Part shown: one piece after another, positions 12,792 through 25,704 of the stretch | How the letters are laid out: each line of letters starts with the position of its first letter | Position numbering within the stretch: position 1 is the stretch's first letter | NCBI GenBank assembly: GCA_028534125.1 | Contig: CM052816.1 | Span: 992,001-1,056,000 of the forward strand | Origin: Lama glama | Taxonomy: Eukaryota | DNA: 64,000 bases | Direction of reading: 5' to 3' | The notes under the pieces: model-generated | What the model saw: the letters and a program-made list of their open reading frames with translations, nothing else | Told to the model about the DNA's origin: nothing | Databases searched by the model: none | Made by a program: the position numbers and the translations under genes

Positions 12792-13301
12792 CAACATCTG
12801 GAATCCTGGAAGTTATCTAGTGTATTTATCTAGTCTGGAAATTCGCTGACTGGTGGGGATTTGAGGGGCAACGTCAGGCACCAGATTGCAAAACCACGTG
12901 AAAGCGACACACTGTGGCAGGGGACTTTTCTTCTTGTTGATACACAGCTCAGTTTCAAAAGGAAAATGAAAAGGGTGGAGGGTCACCTGCAAATAAAATG
13001 CATCAGTAAAAAGACAGGTATGTAGAGTGTTCGATGAAACTTCTTTTCAAATTGAAAACTCAGTCATGGCCGCCATGTGTCAGGCACAGGCCTGGGCTTC
13101 TCCCATCTGTGGTCTCTAATTTTTACAGTCACTCAAGGTAATCATTCTTATTCCCATTTTACAAATTAGAAAACTGAGGTTCAGAGGAGTAATATGTGGG
13201 AATTCAACCTGGCTTTGACTATTCCCCCCACCAACCCCCCACATCACTCTCCCTCTCATTTTAGACTAGAAATGTGAAGTGTTAAAACTGCCTTTTGAAG
13301 A

Positions 13302-13665
13302 TGTGATGGTTAATTTTATGTGTCAGCTTTGCTGGGCCACTGTGCCCAGATATTTGGTTAAACATTATTTTGGATGTTTCTGTCAGAGTCTTTGTGGATG
13401 AGATTTACACTTAAATTGATTGACTTTGAGTAAAGCACATTGCCCTCCATGGTGTGGGTGGGCCTCATCCAATCAGCTGAAGGCCTGTATAGAACAGAAA
13501 GACTGACTTCCTCTGAGGAATTCCACCAGCTGTCAGCCTTTGGACTTGAACTACAGCATCAGCTCTTCCCTGCAGCTTTCCAGCCTGCTGGCCCACCCTG
13601 CAGATTCTGGACTTGCTAGCCTCCATAATTGCATAGGCCAATCCCTCAAAATAAATCAATTTCTC
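13302..13665 (+). mobile_element. MLT2-type (ERVL) LTR
   Basis: Characteristic start TGTGATGGTTAATTTTATGTGTCA, plus GGGTGGGCCTCATCCAATCAG and CCACCCTGCAGATT..GGACTTG..AGCCTCCATAAT..AATAAATC. Confidence 0.88.
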
Positions 13666-14555
13666 TTTCCTTTCTCTTCTCCTTGTTTGAAACTGATTGA
13701 GGAAAATAAAACATAGTTTAAAATACTTCTTCAAATATGAATATGCCCTAAATTTTACCTAGATTTTTTGGGGGGTATTTATCTCCCTACATTTTATTGT
13801 GAAAATTTAAAAACATGGATGAATGTTGATAGAACCACAAATGGCTTCCATCTAGATTTAATGGTTGTTAATGTTTTACCATATCTGTTTTCTCTCCTCC
13901 CCTAACCTGCACCACACATACACCAACACACACCAGTTTTAAAATAAGCTGTCAATATGACATCATGATCCTTAGATACTTCAGCACAATGACAATCATC
14001 TGTATAACCACAGTGTCCCTATCATACCTAAGAAAATTAGCAATCATTTCTACAATCACCATAAATGCAAAACTTAGAGAAATGGAGACTGGTGCAGCTG
14101 ATATAGGACAATAAGTATTTAGGCTTAAGATTCATAAGCTGTTTCCTACAAAAGAGTGCAAGATAAAACTAAGTCCCTGGAACAATAAAGTCTAAAACGT
14201 CACAGGACACGAAGCTTCAGTAACATTAGACAATAAAATAGCTTTATTTATAATCTCTGAATCAAGAGCTACTTGTTATTGGAATTTTAAAAAGATTCAA
14301 AGCGAAACTGTAAACATTTTTTCTTCTTCTAAGTAAAAGCATCATATATTCTCCGTATGAGAGAAATTATGACTCAAAACCATTTAGGGTAGCACTGGGG
14401 AATTATGCCAAGTAATCTCCATGGATTTCAAAGTTGAAAAACCTTCCCTTTAGAGGAGGAAATAAAACAAACGTTAAAAACCATCATGGCCATTTGGACA
14501 TGGCGTTTAGTTCCACATTATCACTTATATTTAATGCCTAAGACTGATGCAACAC

Positions 14556-14690
14556 GGAGGGGGAGGGTATATATAGCTCAGTGGTAGAGAGCGTGCTTAG
14601 CATGCACGAGGTCCTGGATTCAATCCTCAGTACCTCCATCAAAAAAATAAATAAACCTAATTATCTCCTCTCCAGCAAAAAAAGAAAAAA
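14556..14690 (+). mobile_element. tRNA-Ala-derived SINE (Vic-1 type)
   Basis: GGGGAGGGTA..TAGCTCAGTGGTAGAG..GTGCTTAGCATGCACGAGGTCCTGGATTCAATCCTCAGTACCTCCA, followed by AAATAAACCTAATT and an A-rich tail. Degenerate TSD AAGACTGATGCAACA / AAGATTGGATACAACA. Confidence 0.9.
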
Positions 14691-15448
14691 AGATTGGATA
14701 CAACAAATATTTGATTCCAGTGTATGCTTTTAGTAAGTGATTACAGCAAAATGAACAGAACTGGGAACTTTAAATGATTTAAGTGAAGCACTGGCCATCT
14801 ATGTGCAGGGACTGCAGATTCCCTGAAAAGGTAAGGTGGTTCCAGAGGGTGATTTTTCCAGAACAAGGCAAAGCTCAGCCTAACCTGTGAGTATGAGACC
14901 AACTCATCCTGGCTGTTGACCCGATACAGTTTTCACAATAATACCCTGCAAGTCTCAACATCATATCAGTGCCTTTCAAACATTTTGGACCCTGACTACA
15001 TAAGAAATATCATTAGCCATATACATGCACAGTGACTCCCAGATGCAAAACTTTTTTTGAGATAAAATACAGGCAGCACGCTCTGACCCCTCCCCTAGCC
15101 CATCCCACCCCCCATCCAAAAGGCTGGCATGACCTTGGTTCACAATCTCTAAGAGTTGAGACCTGCAGTTTGAAGCCCCTGAGCTATTGCCTGCTACTCT
15201 GGCTGGCCAATCAAACCAGCCTGTGTAGAGAGTTTCTTTTCTGTTTTTGTCCCACAGCTCCCAGAGGGAAGAGCCGCTCAGTGCTTGGAGAGGGGACTGT
15301 CACTGGGAGTTAGTAACCAAATCCCAGGGCTTGGAGACCTCAGCACCATTTGTGGAAGCTCCCACCTTTGCCGAGACATGGCAAGAACCTACTACTTTAA
15401 GATTATCTTCAAAAATGCTGAGCTTCACTTAGCATGCTGTCCTGCCCC

Positions 15449-15624
15449 TAGGAATGCCAGATTTAGCAAAACAAATTTAAAAAAACTAGGACATCTCATT
15501 AAATTTGAATTTCAGATAAACAAGGAATAGTCTTTTTTTAGTGTATGTCTCATGCAGAAACGATTCCTTGTTTATCTGAAGTTCAGATTTAACTGGGTGT
15601 CCTGTATTTTATCTGGCAACCCAA
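15449..15624. mobile_element. MER53 non-autonomous hAT DNA transposon (palindromic MITE)
   Basis: TAGG..TGCCAGATTTAGCAAA..TTAAATTTGAATTTCAGATAAACAA...TTGTTTATCTGAAGTTCAGATTTAACTGGGTGTCCTGTATTTTATCTGGCAACCC with long self-complementary arms, matching the MER53 consensus as recalled. Confidence 0.88.
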
Positions 15625-18600
15625 CTGGTTGCATGCTCTGTCCCTTTACTTTCAGGGTGCTTGAATCTTATGGATGGATCTAGGCTGGACAGGATGTGGG
15701 CACTGCTGCTGGGAGCAAGGGGGACATCGGGCTTAGCCTCCTTCTGCTCCTCCCAGTTTCCACTGCTGGCTACACCCCATAGCCACCTGGAGGGTTCCCT
15801 TATCTGGAGGGTACCCTCTTAGACAGGACAGAGGATTGCCAGTGTGGCACAAACCCTGCTCCTATTGTGTCCACTTGACCCTTGGGTCCTCCTGGACCTT
15901 GGCACACCAAACCTCTGGGATGCTCAATGGCAAAGGGACAGTCGCCAGCCCTACCCAGCTGTTGAACAGAACGCCACACTTTCCCTGTAGTCACTCCAGT
16001 CTCTATAAGTGGTCCTCGCAGTGAGGGAGAGCCCACTGGGAGGACAGGAACTCGCTTCCCACTCCCCTCCTCCAGAGCCTACACCCCCCACCTCCTTTCT
16101 GCCTCGCCCTCCTCCAATTCTACACATTCCCAAGAAAAGTCTTGCCTTTCTGTCAAAGCACACACTCTGTCCCATGCAGGCCAAGTCTGTTCCTCCCCCT
16201 AGAATTAAGATCTCTGGGCTAGGTTTGTTTTCTCATTTTCCCTTCCCCACCCCCAGCAGAAAATTGGTCACTGTCGAAATGGCTCACAAGTGGGTGGTTT
16301 AGCAAAGTGCTTCAGTCTTCCCTGCATCCCTGCTGCTCTGACAGTTCCCTTAATGTTTGGTTAACAGGAAGGACAAATGTCACCTCCTGGTCAAGGCTTC
16401 AGGTTGGATTCTCAGCTCTGGGGCCTTGCAGGGCCTCCCTCCACAGCCTGGGTCGTGCTGGGAGGCTGCTGACCCGTTTTCCCAATGGGCTGTGAGCAGC
16501 GTCCGGATAGGGGCTCCCCGTCTGTGGAATCAGCACATGAAGCAGAGTTTGCTGCAGCTGGACAGAGAGGGGCAGCTGAAAAGTATGAGCCACGGGCCTC
16601 GGTGTCCCTTTCATTTGCTTCCATCAAACCTTTCCAGTAAATGTTCCTACTCCCTCTGACTACCAAGACCCAGCAGGACTTGCTGCCCAAGACGTTGTTC
16701 CTTCTGGGGTCTTCTCTCCCTTCGTTAACACTGATTTATCCAGGGCCATCTGGGTCTTCCAAAGCGGCGTTTGTAAAGATGCAACTAAGAGAAACTAATC
16801 ATTGCTGATGTGTAAATGGTTGTCATTGGGATACATTTGAAATTAAAAAAAATTTTTTTAAATTTAGTATTTAAAAAAACCTAACAGGTATTTATGAAGC
16901 TCTGTTCTATGTGCCTCACACTGTTAGGGTCTAATACTAATGACATTAAGACACAAGTTCCTGAATTCAAGAGTCATACTGGAAGACAAGATTTAAATAC
17001 ATAAAAAGCCATTTAAAATGACCCAAGGAGACTAGAAGACAATAAAATGAATTTGAAGTGGCTTATAAAGGTCATAAAAATGACACTATGTTCCATCATC
17101 CGTGGAGGATTTGATAAGGTTACTCCTAAAGTTTCTTTATTTGTTCTAAATAAATCACCAACTAGATCTTTCAGATTTTAGAATATATAATAAAATGGCA
17201 TGATATGGTACTCAGTTTGTGCCAGGCACCGTTGCTGGCAGCTTCTTCAGTTTTCTCCAGAATATGACAAGGTGGGCATTATTCATTTCCTATCTGGCAG
17301 TAGGGGGAAACTTGGGCATGGAGAGGCTAAGAGTTGCCTGCGGACACCGAGTTCTGTGGTGCAGCTGGCAGCTGAACCCAAGACATTGGGATCTTGAGTC
17401 ACGCACAAAATAGCTGGGCCATGGTGTCTCCCAAGTGCGGGCCTAAACTTGCACTTTCCCGTAATTTTCAGATTGTACTCTCTGACTGTTTTTTAATGGG
17501 AAAACCATGTATTGGTCTTGGAATGCCTATCCTATTTCCCATAACCCCACAAACTTGGCTCTCTTCTCTTGGTTCAAACTTGTACAGCTTGCAACCAAGT
17601 TTCTCACATGTTCTTGGCTCTCTCTCTTCTCTGGGGATTTGGGTTAGTGGAATCCACAGATTTCAACTCAGATTTTAGCCCTAAGTCCTGCCTCATCCAC
17701 TGTATCATGTTTGTTTCTTCTTTTTGCTCAAAATTGAAGCTTAAATCTTTGACACTTTGTATCTGTCTTTTCTACCTGTCTTTCTTAATTTTGATTCCAT
17801 AGCCTCCCTGGGAGGACTTCCATACAGGACTTCGCTGAAACTTCCATTTCCTCTGTGGCTGCTCACATCCACTACATCCCACAGCCATTCACACTCCACC
17901 GGAGTCTCTCAAGATACCGCCGGAGGTGAGGTGGAAGTAAGGAATGAGCAAAGGAGTAAGACCTGGGAATTCTAGTACACAGCAAGGAAGAATCAGTGCT
18001 GACACCTACTGAGGTTTCAAGGAGCAAGTGGCATTTGGGCTGGCAGTAGAAGACTTCCGAGGACTTTGGTGGGTGGGGGCAGGAAGAAGTGGCACTGGCA
18101 CCCCAAGCTGAGGGAGGGGAGATGAACTCAGAAATCTCCGTGTTCCTCAGACCAACCATCCCTGATCATTTCCCTGGAACAAACTGCTTCTGGTGTTTTG
18201 GGTACTTACAAAGCCCAGAAAAAAGTAAATAAAAAAAATTTTTTTTCTTGAAATAGTCTCCTCACTCAGGGTTGCAGGTGAGTAACGCGATCCATTTCAT
18301 ACATCACACCCAATTCTCTACTGAAATTCCAGTTGTAGTTCACCCATTCAAGAAGGCATGTCAGAATGCAAGCGAGTTTAATATTCTCCTGGACATGACC
18401 ACAAATGGGTCTGATCTATTTAGCAGGGCCAATCATCTGAGGAGGTCAGTCCTTCAACAGTTCCTAGGAATGATGATTCAGTGCATGACGCAACGCGGAG
18501 GTGACTGCCACACAACAGTGACACAGCTGGGAGGTGGCAGGCACAGAAAGGAGTCGATCTTTAACTCCTAGAAGCTGGTGGCCCCTTTAAAAAAATTTGT

Positions 18601-20202
18601 TTTTGCCTTAAACAGTTTCCAAATGATACCTGATGTTGAGGGTGTTGGATTGCCTTTAACTTATGTTCTTCCATTATTCTGGAGGAGCCTAATATTGGTT
18701 TGGGAGGTGGGGTGATGGGGTGATGTGTGTACCACACCTTTGTCCCCAAATAAAGTGGAAGACAGTGAATCACACACCGACCAAAAGATCAGAGATGGTA
18801 CGTTCAAAGACTAATATACATGTTCCCCTTCTTATGATTATTAAAGATTACTGACAATTATTTCAAATGTTTCTAATGATTAGAAATAGTTGTTCTGGTT
18901 TAAAGCCCATTTCAAAAAAGACAAAGGAATTATGATAAAGTCATAACTTTGGTTTCAGGTTAATAGTTGTAATTGCTTCCCCCAAGTACTTTTCAGCTGC
19001 TCCTACATGAGGAGATACTTTAAAGGATTTGGTCAGGTCACTGCAACCAGAACCAGCACCCCAGCTTCCAACACCAGGCCCAGCTTTGCTGATAAGGATT
19101 AAAAATAGTCCTATTTGAGCTTGGTTCTGCTTGAAGTAAAGAAGGAGATTTATGACCCCTAAGCCAGGGGTTCCTCTTCTGGTTCCCTTCAAGACCTTGC
19201 TGGTGAGCTACTTGGCCTCAGAAATTATTTCTAATTAATTTTACATCCCTCTAAACACTTCTTTATTCTTTACATCAACACATGTGAATTGTCTTCAGTT
19301 TTTTTACTTGCAAGTGTCTTTGTTCTTTCTTGAGAACCAGGCTCCTCTCTCCCTGTGACCTGATACATCCTGAAGGCAAAAGACACTTCTATTTTGACTG
19401 TTCTTGCCTGACTACTCTCTTCCCCTTCTCCTCCCCTCTTTCCACCACTCCCCACCCGTGGAGGCCCAGTTCAGGAAAGCCTCAGCTTCTTGGCTTCAGT
19501 ATCTAAGGTTTCAAATATTCATTAGGTCACTGGACAACCCCTGCTGATGGCACTGGTCTAAGGCAATACCAACCTGAGCAAATGCCCCAGGTTTAAATGC
19601 AAATTCACAAATTTAAAAGCCAATCAACCAACGCAGTGACAGTCAGAACTTGTAATACTGTTATAAGTAATAACTGTTATAAGTAATAATAATACAAAGT
19701 AATGGTAATAACGTTAAAGGAAGGTGTTTAAAAGCAGCCTGGCTTTCTCTGTGACAGAATCACACTTTGAGAGCCTGAAAAAGGGAGAGGCCAGGTGAGA
19801 AACGTGAGCAGCTTCCTAAGGGAGGGGGTGCTTTCTCTGTTCTCAGATGGAGAAGGCACTGAGGGGTTCTCCCCTGAATGCTCAAAGCCACTAGTACCCT
19901 GGCACTTTCTGATTGTTATCTGGGAACTCCTAAACATCACAGATATTTACATAATTGTTTTCAGTTTTAAAAGCATTCCCACAGCCTTGGTTTCATTTGA
20001 TCCTCATGAATGCCTTGCCAGGAGTGAAGGACAGATTTCACTATCTGAGCCTTGGAAAAGGAAACTGAATCTCCTGAGACCACAGAAATCAGAGGAGCCA
20101 GGATCTGAGCTGGCAGGTAACTGTTCATTGAATCGAACAAATACGGAAATATGTGAGTGTTTTAAGGTAAATAGGGTCTGTTCCCTTAAGAAGCTCATAA
20201 CC

Positions 20203-20421
20203 TATAAAACAGATAAACAACAAGGTCCTACTGGATAGCACAGAGAACTATGTTCAGTGCTTTGTAATAGCCTGTTATGAAAAAGAACATGAAAAGGTAT
20301 ATATACGTATGTATAACTGAAACAGTACACCGTACACCAGAAATTAACACAACATTGTAAATCAACTATACTTCAATAAAAATAAAATTAAAAAACCAAA
20401 ACAAGCAAAAAAAAAAAAAAA
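20203..20421 (+). mobile_element. LINE-1 3' end fragment with poly(A) tail
   Basis: AACAGATAAACAACAAGGTCCTACTG..TAGCACAG..AACACAACATTGTAAATCAACTATACTTCAATAAAA followed by an A-tail; similar to the 3' UTR of the 55.9-kb L1. Confidence 0.88.
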
Positions 20422-21279
20422 GCAGCAGCAGCAGCAGCTTGTGATCTAGTTGGGGAGAAATGCCCCAAATTAATGTAATTAAAATAACAATACAAGGATT
20501 AGATAGGGAAAATCACATACAAGATAGTGCATCTTCTAGTGTCAAATAAAGCAAGAAAAAGCTATGATCTTAAGTGTATTTAAACAGCTTTCATTCCATG
20601 ATTGAGCTGGAATTCCCAAGTGTCCTCCACCTGTAGCCCCACCTTCATTCCAAGTCAGCTTAATATTCTGGATTTCAATGGATTCCTTACAGTGCCTGCA
20701 AGTCCCCAGCTTTACCCTTTAGCTATGGAGATGTCTGGGCTTGTCACATCCTCTTCAGTCCTAGATTTGCAGTGCAACTCCAGGCTCCCGACACCCCCAT
20801 TTTTTTTTTTTTTGAAGCCACAAGGAACATGAGAAAGGGAGTAGGGGTTATCTGTCCTCAGTGTTCCAGAAAAAGTCCACCCTTACCTCCCAGAATTGCT
20901 GAAGGGAACAGATTTTAGAAATCTGAACGATGACTAATAAATCACACATGAAGACAGACCTACAGGAGGAGGGCGTTTCAGGAAAGAACACTTGGGTAGG
21001 TCAAGGGCAGGCTGAGTGAGAAGACAAGGGGAAGGTCAGAACATGTCCATGGCCAGGACTGTCTCCGCCTGCCACAGAAAAAACGGGGTCTGAGAACTAT
21101 GCGCACACTGATAACAGATCATTTAAAATTGGGATTTCCCAAAATCTAGCAGGGCACTGGCTCATATCCAGCTGCTCTCCAGGAAACACAAATTCCTCCC
21201 AAACACCTCCTCCTTCACCTGGGGTTCTGTAGGCTTTTATGTGGAGGCTGCGGTCCAGTCTCCTTATTCACTCTTTATG

Positions 21280-21720
21280 TCTCACTAGCAAAACCAGATG
21301 CACAGTGGTAACAGCTTAAATGTCCATCAACTGAGAAATAAAATACACAAGGAACGGTATATACACACAGTGCAAGGTTATTCAGCCACAAAACAGAATG
21401 AAGTGCTGAAACATACTATAACTTGGATGAACGTTAAAAGCTATGCTAAGTGAAAGAAGCCAGACACATACTGTCCAACGCCATTCATATGCAATGTCCA
21501 GGACAGGCCAACACAGAGACATAAAGTAAACATGGTTGCCAGGGGCTGGGGAGGCAGGAATGGGAAATGACTGCGAATGCGCATGGGGTTTCTTTCAAGG
21601 GTAATGAAACTGTTCTAGAATAAATGGTGACGGTTGTACAACTCTGTGAATATACTAAAACCCACTGAATTGTACACTTGGGAAGGATAAAAAAAAACAG
21701 GTGTACTATGTTAGGAGTTT
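21280..21720 (+). mobile_element. L1MB-type 3' end
   Basis: AAATGTCCATCAAC.., ATGCTAAGTGAAAGAAGCCAGACAC, TGGTTGCCAGGGGCTGGGG, GGTGACGGTTGTACAACTCTGTGAATATACTAAAACCCACTGAATTGTACACTT. Confidence 0.85.
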
Positions 21721-23111
21721 TAATTTAAATTTAAGGGAAACATAAGGGAACTTAGTTGCATTAACTTGATATTTCCCTGGAAACATTAGAAACATCAAAA
21801 ATAGAATAAGTATAACTAAAAAAAAAAACTATTCACAAAAAGTAAAAACTGGAAAAGAAATAATGACATAAAAATGAAGGAGACAGAAGACAGTCAAATG
21901 AGTCCCAACATATACAAAACTGGTGTTCTTGAAGAAGAGAATAGAACAAATGAAACAACAAAAAAAGTAAGTTAGTACTAGACTGAAACTTTTCTGAATT
22001 AATCATAAGAGTAGTAACCAGCATTTACTGAGCACTTGCTATATACGCCTGGCATAATTTTAAGCACTTGACATGCATGATCTCACTGAATGCCCGTGAT
22101 AATTGAATAAGGTTAAGTACTGTTACCATCCCTACTGTATTCATGAGAAAACTAAGGCACAGAGAGGGTTAAGAACTTGCCAGAGGAAATACTGCTGCAG
22201 TAAGAGGCAGAACTGGAATAAAATAAAACTTGCATCTGCAGACTGAAAGGGGAGAATGTGTCCAGTAGTCATTCTGGTAAAGCTTACTGCATTCCCTACA
22301 TAATGGAAAACCTACCAGGGCACCAGGCTGGAAAAATCCGTGCCTCCCAAAGTGAGTCACCAGCTTGGCTTCAGATTGCTCCCTAGCATCAACTCATGTC
22401 AGAAGGTCGAGCAAGGCTAACGCATCTTAAGCAAGTGTGCTCCAAGACTTTTAGGACTGGTCCACTTGTCCTTTAAGTAGAAAAGCTGAAACTCTTGTCA
22501 TTTGTGCTTGAGGTCTGCCACCTGAGAGAAACTTGCCCTCAGCTCAGCAAATCCCAGGAAGGAGCTGGCTGGCCAGGCTTGAGTCTTGTGCTACCCAATT
22601 CCCACGATCAGGGCATGAGCTGTACTGACTGGTCCAGCTCGGGAAGAGACAGGGAGAAGAGCACAGTCATGAAATCATTGGGAGATGAACTTTGATGGTG
22701 TGGGAACTTTGTGGAAGACTTCTGGATTTCTGGCACAAGCAATTGGATGATGGAGACACTCAATCAGAAGGGGCGTGCTGGTTTAGTTCTGGACATTTGA
22801 ATTACAGCTATGTGTGAGGGGATACAGTTGAGAAGTCATGCAGGCAGCTGGGCATATGAGTCTGGAGGACAGGAGAAGGGGCTTGGAAGCCTTCTTTGGG
22901 TGTCTCTGTCACAGAGTGGATAAAGGAAGCCACATGACATCTGTGGGATCACCTAAAACCAAAATGCTGGGTAGAGAATAAGGGGAAGCTGGGAAGGCTG
23001 AGGAGTGGTCAGAGAGGGACGAGGAAACCCAGGAGAGTGTAGTAGCGGGAGGTTAAGGTGGAGGAGTGTTGGAAGTGCAGTCGAGTGGGTTAGAAGTTGC
23101 TAAGATTGGAT

Positions 23112-23225
23112 GGAGGGTATAGCTCAGTAGTAAAGTGTGTGCTTAGCATGCAAGAGGTCCTGGGTTCAATCCCCAGTACCTCCATTAAAGAAAATAATAA
23201 TAAAACTCAAACCCTTAAAAAGAAA
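23112..23225 (+). mobile_element. tRNA-Ala-derived SINE (Vic-1 type)
   Basis: GGAGGGTATAGCTCAGTAGTAAAG..GCTTAGCATGCAAGAGGTCCTGGGTTCAATCCCCAGTACCTCCA followed by an A-rich tail; clearly the same family as the 14556 copy. Confidence 0.88.
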
Positions 23226-23339
23226 GAAGTCTGTACCTGCTAAGAGGTATAATAAGATAAAAGGAGAAAATGAGTATGACTGTTCCTTTACGGGACAAAA
23301 TTTTAAACTTCTGATTCTGGGATAAAAGATATGTGACAA

Positions 23340-24480
23340 GTAGCAAATATACAAACTGATTCTTATGCCTGTCAGACATTGGACTAAAATCAGTACAAAG
23401 AATACTTGCCAAGGCAAGGAGAAGCCCAATAAATTGTAAAAGAGCACCTAATTTCTAAAACGAATCCAAAATAATTATCATCTAAAAAAAAATGTATGTC
23501 TGAAAAAAATATACTTGTGAAAATCGTCAAGAAAACATCAAAACAGGGTAACAGGGGAAGACTTCAGACAGCGCTGGGAGGGTGTGAAGAAAAGGACCCT
23601 CCTGCTCGCTGGAATCAAGGCAGTGCCACATTTCTGTAGGTCTGCTGACAACATGCATAAAAAGCCTTCAACAATAAATGCACCAACAGTTCCGGGATTT
23701 TATCTTGAGGAAATAACTAGGGATGTGCACAGAGGTTTAGCTACAAGTCATTTCACAAAAGTGAAAAGTTGGGAACAACCCAAATGTACAAAGACAGGGC
23801 TGATAAATTACGGTACATTTGTACAATGGGAGACTAGGCAGTCATTAAAAATGTCATAGAAGAATTTTTTTGACATGGAAAAATGTTTGCAATATATTAA
23901 GCAATAAAAGCTAATTATAATGATCTCAAATTTGCATATATATATATATATAAACAGAACAAATCTGAAAGGATAGATTGTTTCTGGCTGCTGGCTTTAC
24001 TGATGGTTTTTATTTTTTCTTTTTCTTTATTTGTGATTTACTATTTTTCTGTAATGAATACATAATTCTTTTACAATAATTTAAAAACCTGGTAATTATG
24101 TGAAGATGAAAGGAGAAAAGAGGTCACTAGAATTGAACTCTAACTGATTAATAAATAAGCAAATCATAAAGTGCTACCATTTATCTCGAATTAACTAGAG
24201 TTCGTTTTCCTGCCATCAGAGGAAATGAAGCCTAAAATAGAAATTGCCTTGAGATACAGAAAATGAAGTTACAATTCAGGCATAATTGTCTTTGAACTGT
24301 GAGATCTGTACCTGCTACACATGTGTATGCGTGTGTAGGGAAAATATTTGAAAGGATATCTACTAAATTTAAAAGTGATTCTCTTCAGCAGGGAGGGACT
24401 AGTGGAGGTGGGAAGATAACTTTTTCTTTATACAACTCTGTATTGTTTGACTTGTTGTAACATGCATGCAAACACTCTAA
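23340..24480 (+). mobile_element. Old L1MC/L1ME 3' fragments
   Basis: Degenerate motifs TTGGGAACAACCCAAATGT, GATAAATTACGGTACATT, GACATGGAAAAATGTT and TGAAAGGATA. Boundaries approximate. Confidence 0.6.
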
Positions 24481-24659
24481 GTACACTTAAAAAGCAAAAG
24501 TGGTTATAATTTTGGAAGTATTTAAAAACATCATAGTATCCATGGTACGATGACAAAATATCAATGCAAAATATGTATACTAGGCTTATCACCATGTTGA
24601 TGTATCTGCAGGTGAGAGAGGCTTGGATAAAAATACTCCATCATAAAAAGAGCTGTTCA

Positions 24660-25540
24660 AGTTCATTCATTCATTTATTCCACAAATGTCTGCTGAGCAC
24701 CTGCTTTACTAGGCACCATGACCCTCTTCCAGCTACTTGGGATACAGCAAGGAATTAAACAGCCAAATACGCCTCCCCTCATGGAGCTGACATTCTAGCA
24801 GGGAGAGACAGGCAATAAGTAGTAAGCATAATAAACATGTTGGGAATTGATAAGTGAGTGCTATTGAAAAAAACGGTGCAGGGTAAGGGAGGCTGGCAGT
24901 GCTGTGTGTGAGGGGCAGAGTTAAATAGGTTGGTAAGGGAAGGACTCATGAGAAAGTGACATGTGAAAAAAGATTTGAAAGAGGAGAGGGAGTAATGAAA
25001 ATATTCAGAAAAAGAGATAAGGAGAGAGAACAGCAAGTGCAAAGGCCCTTAGGTGGGTTCAAGGACCACCAACGATGGCAGTGTGGCTGAGACACAGTGA
25101 GCAAAGGGAGATCAAGTCAGGGCCACCCAAGCCAGTTGGTGTTGGGCTCTGAGGCTACTGTAAGGACTCTGGCTTGTTATACCAAATGAACTGGGGAACC
25201 ACTGTGGGGTTCTGAGCAGAGAAATACCAGGATCTCTCTGGCTGTCATGTGAAGACTAGGCTACTGCAGTAGGAGGGTGAGGGCAGAGAGACCTGGTTGT
25301 CCAAAGAGGGATGAAGGTGGCTGTGAGAATACCAGAGTGTCAAATCCTAAGTATGAAGATAGAGCCAAAAGGATTTCCAGACATTGCATAGAGGATGTGA
25401 GACAGAAGGATGAGGATGGCTCTTGGCATTCTGGCCTGAGTAAATGAAGTGGAGCTGCCATTAATTCAGATGAGTAACAGTGGAGTAGGTTTGGGGTTGG
25501 GAAAAGATCAGGAACTTATTTGTGGGCCTGTAATATCTGA
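24660..25540 (-). mobile_element. LINE-2 (L2) fragment
   Basis: TTCATTCATTCATTTATTCCACAAATGTCTGCTGAGCACC (L2 3' end, reversed), then CCCTCATGGAGCTGACATTCTAGCAGGGAGAGACAG, AACAGCAAGTGCAAAGGCCC and TTCTGGCCTGAG..GGAGCTGCCATT. Confidence 0.8.
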
Positions 25541-25704
25541 GCAGCAATATAAATTTTGTTTTAAGAATGTTTCTAATATTATGATGACATCTTTCCAAAT
25601 AAAAGCATCATTTCAAGACTCCTGACCCAGCAACTGTTATATTCCCAGTACTGAAAATGTGCATGTTGGTCATTGCTCATAATCTGGAGAAATCATGTGG
25701 ATAG

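Noticed and set aside
14556..14638. Possible tRNA-Ala(AGC) genes (also 23112-23184 and 10144-10216)
   Set aside because: A-rich tails, TSDs, a shared non-tRNA 3' motif and mutated stems or D-loop indicate SINE copies rather than functional tRNA genes.
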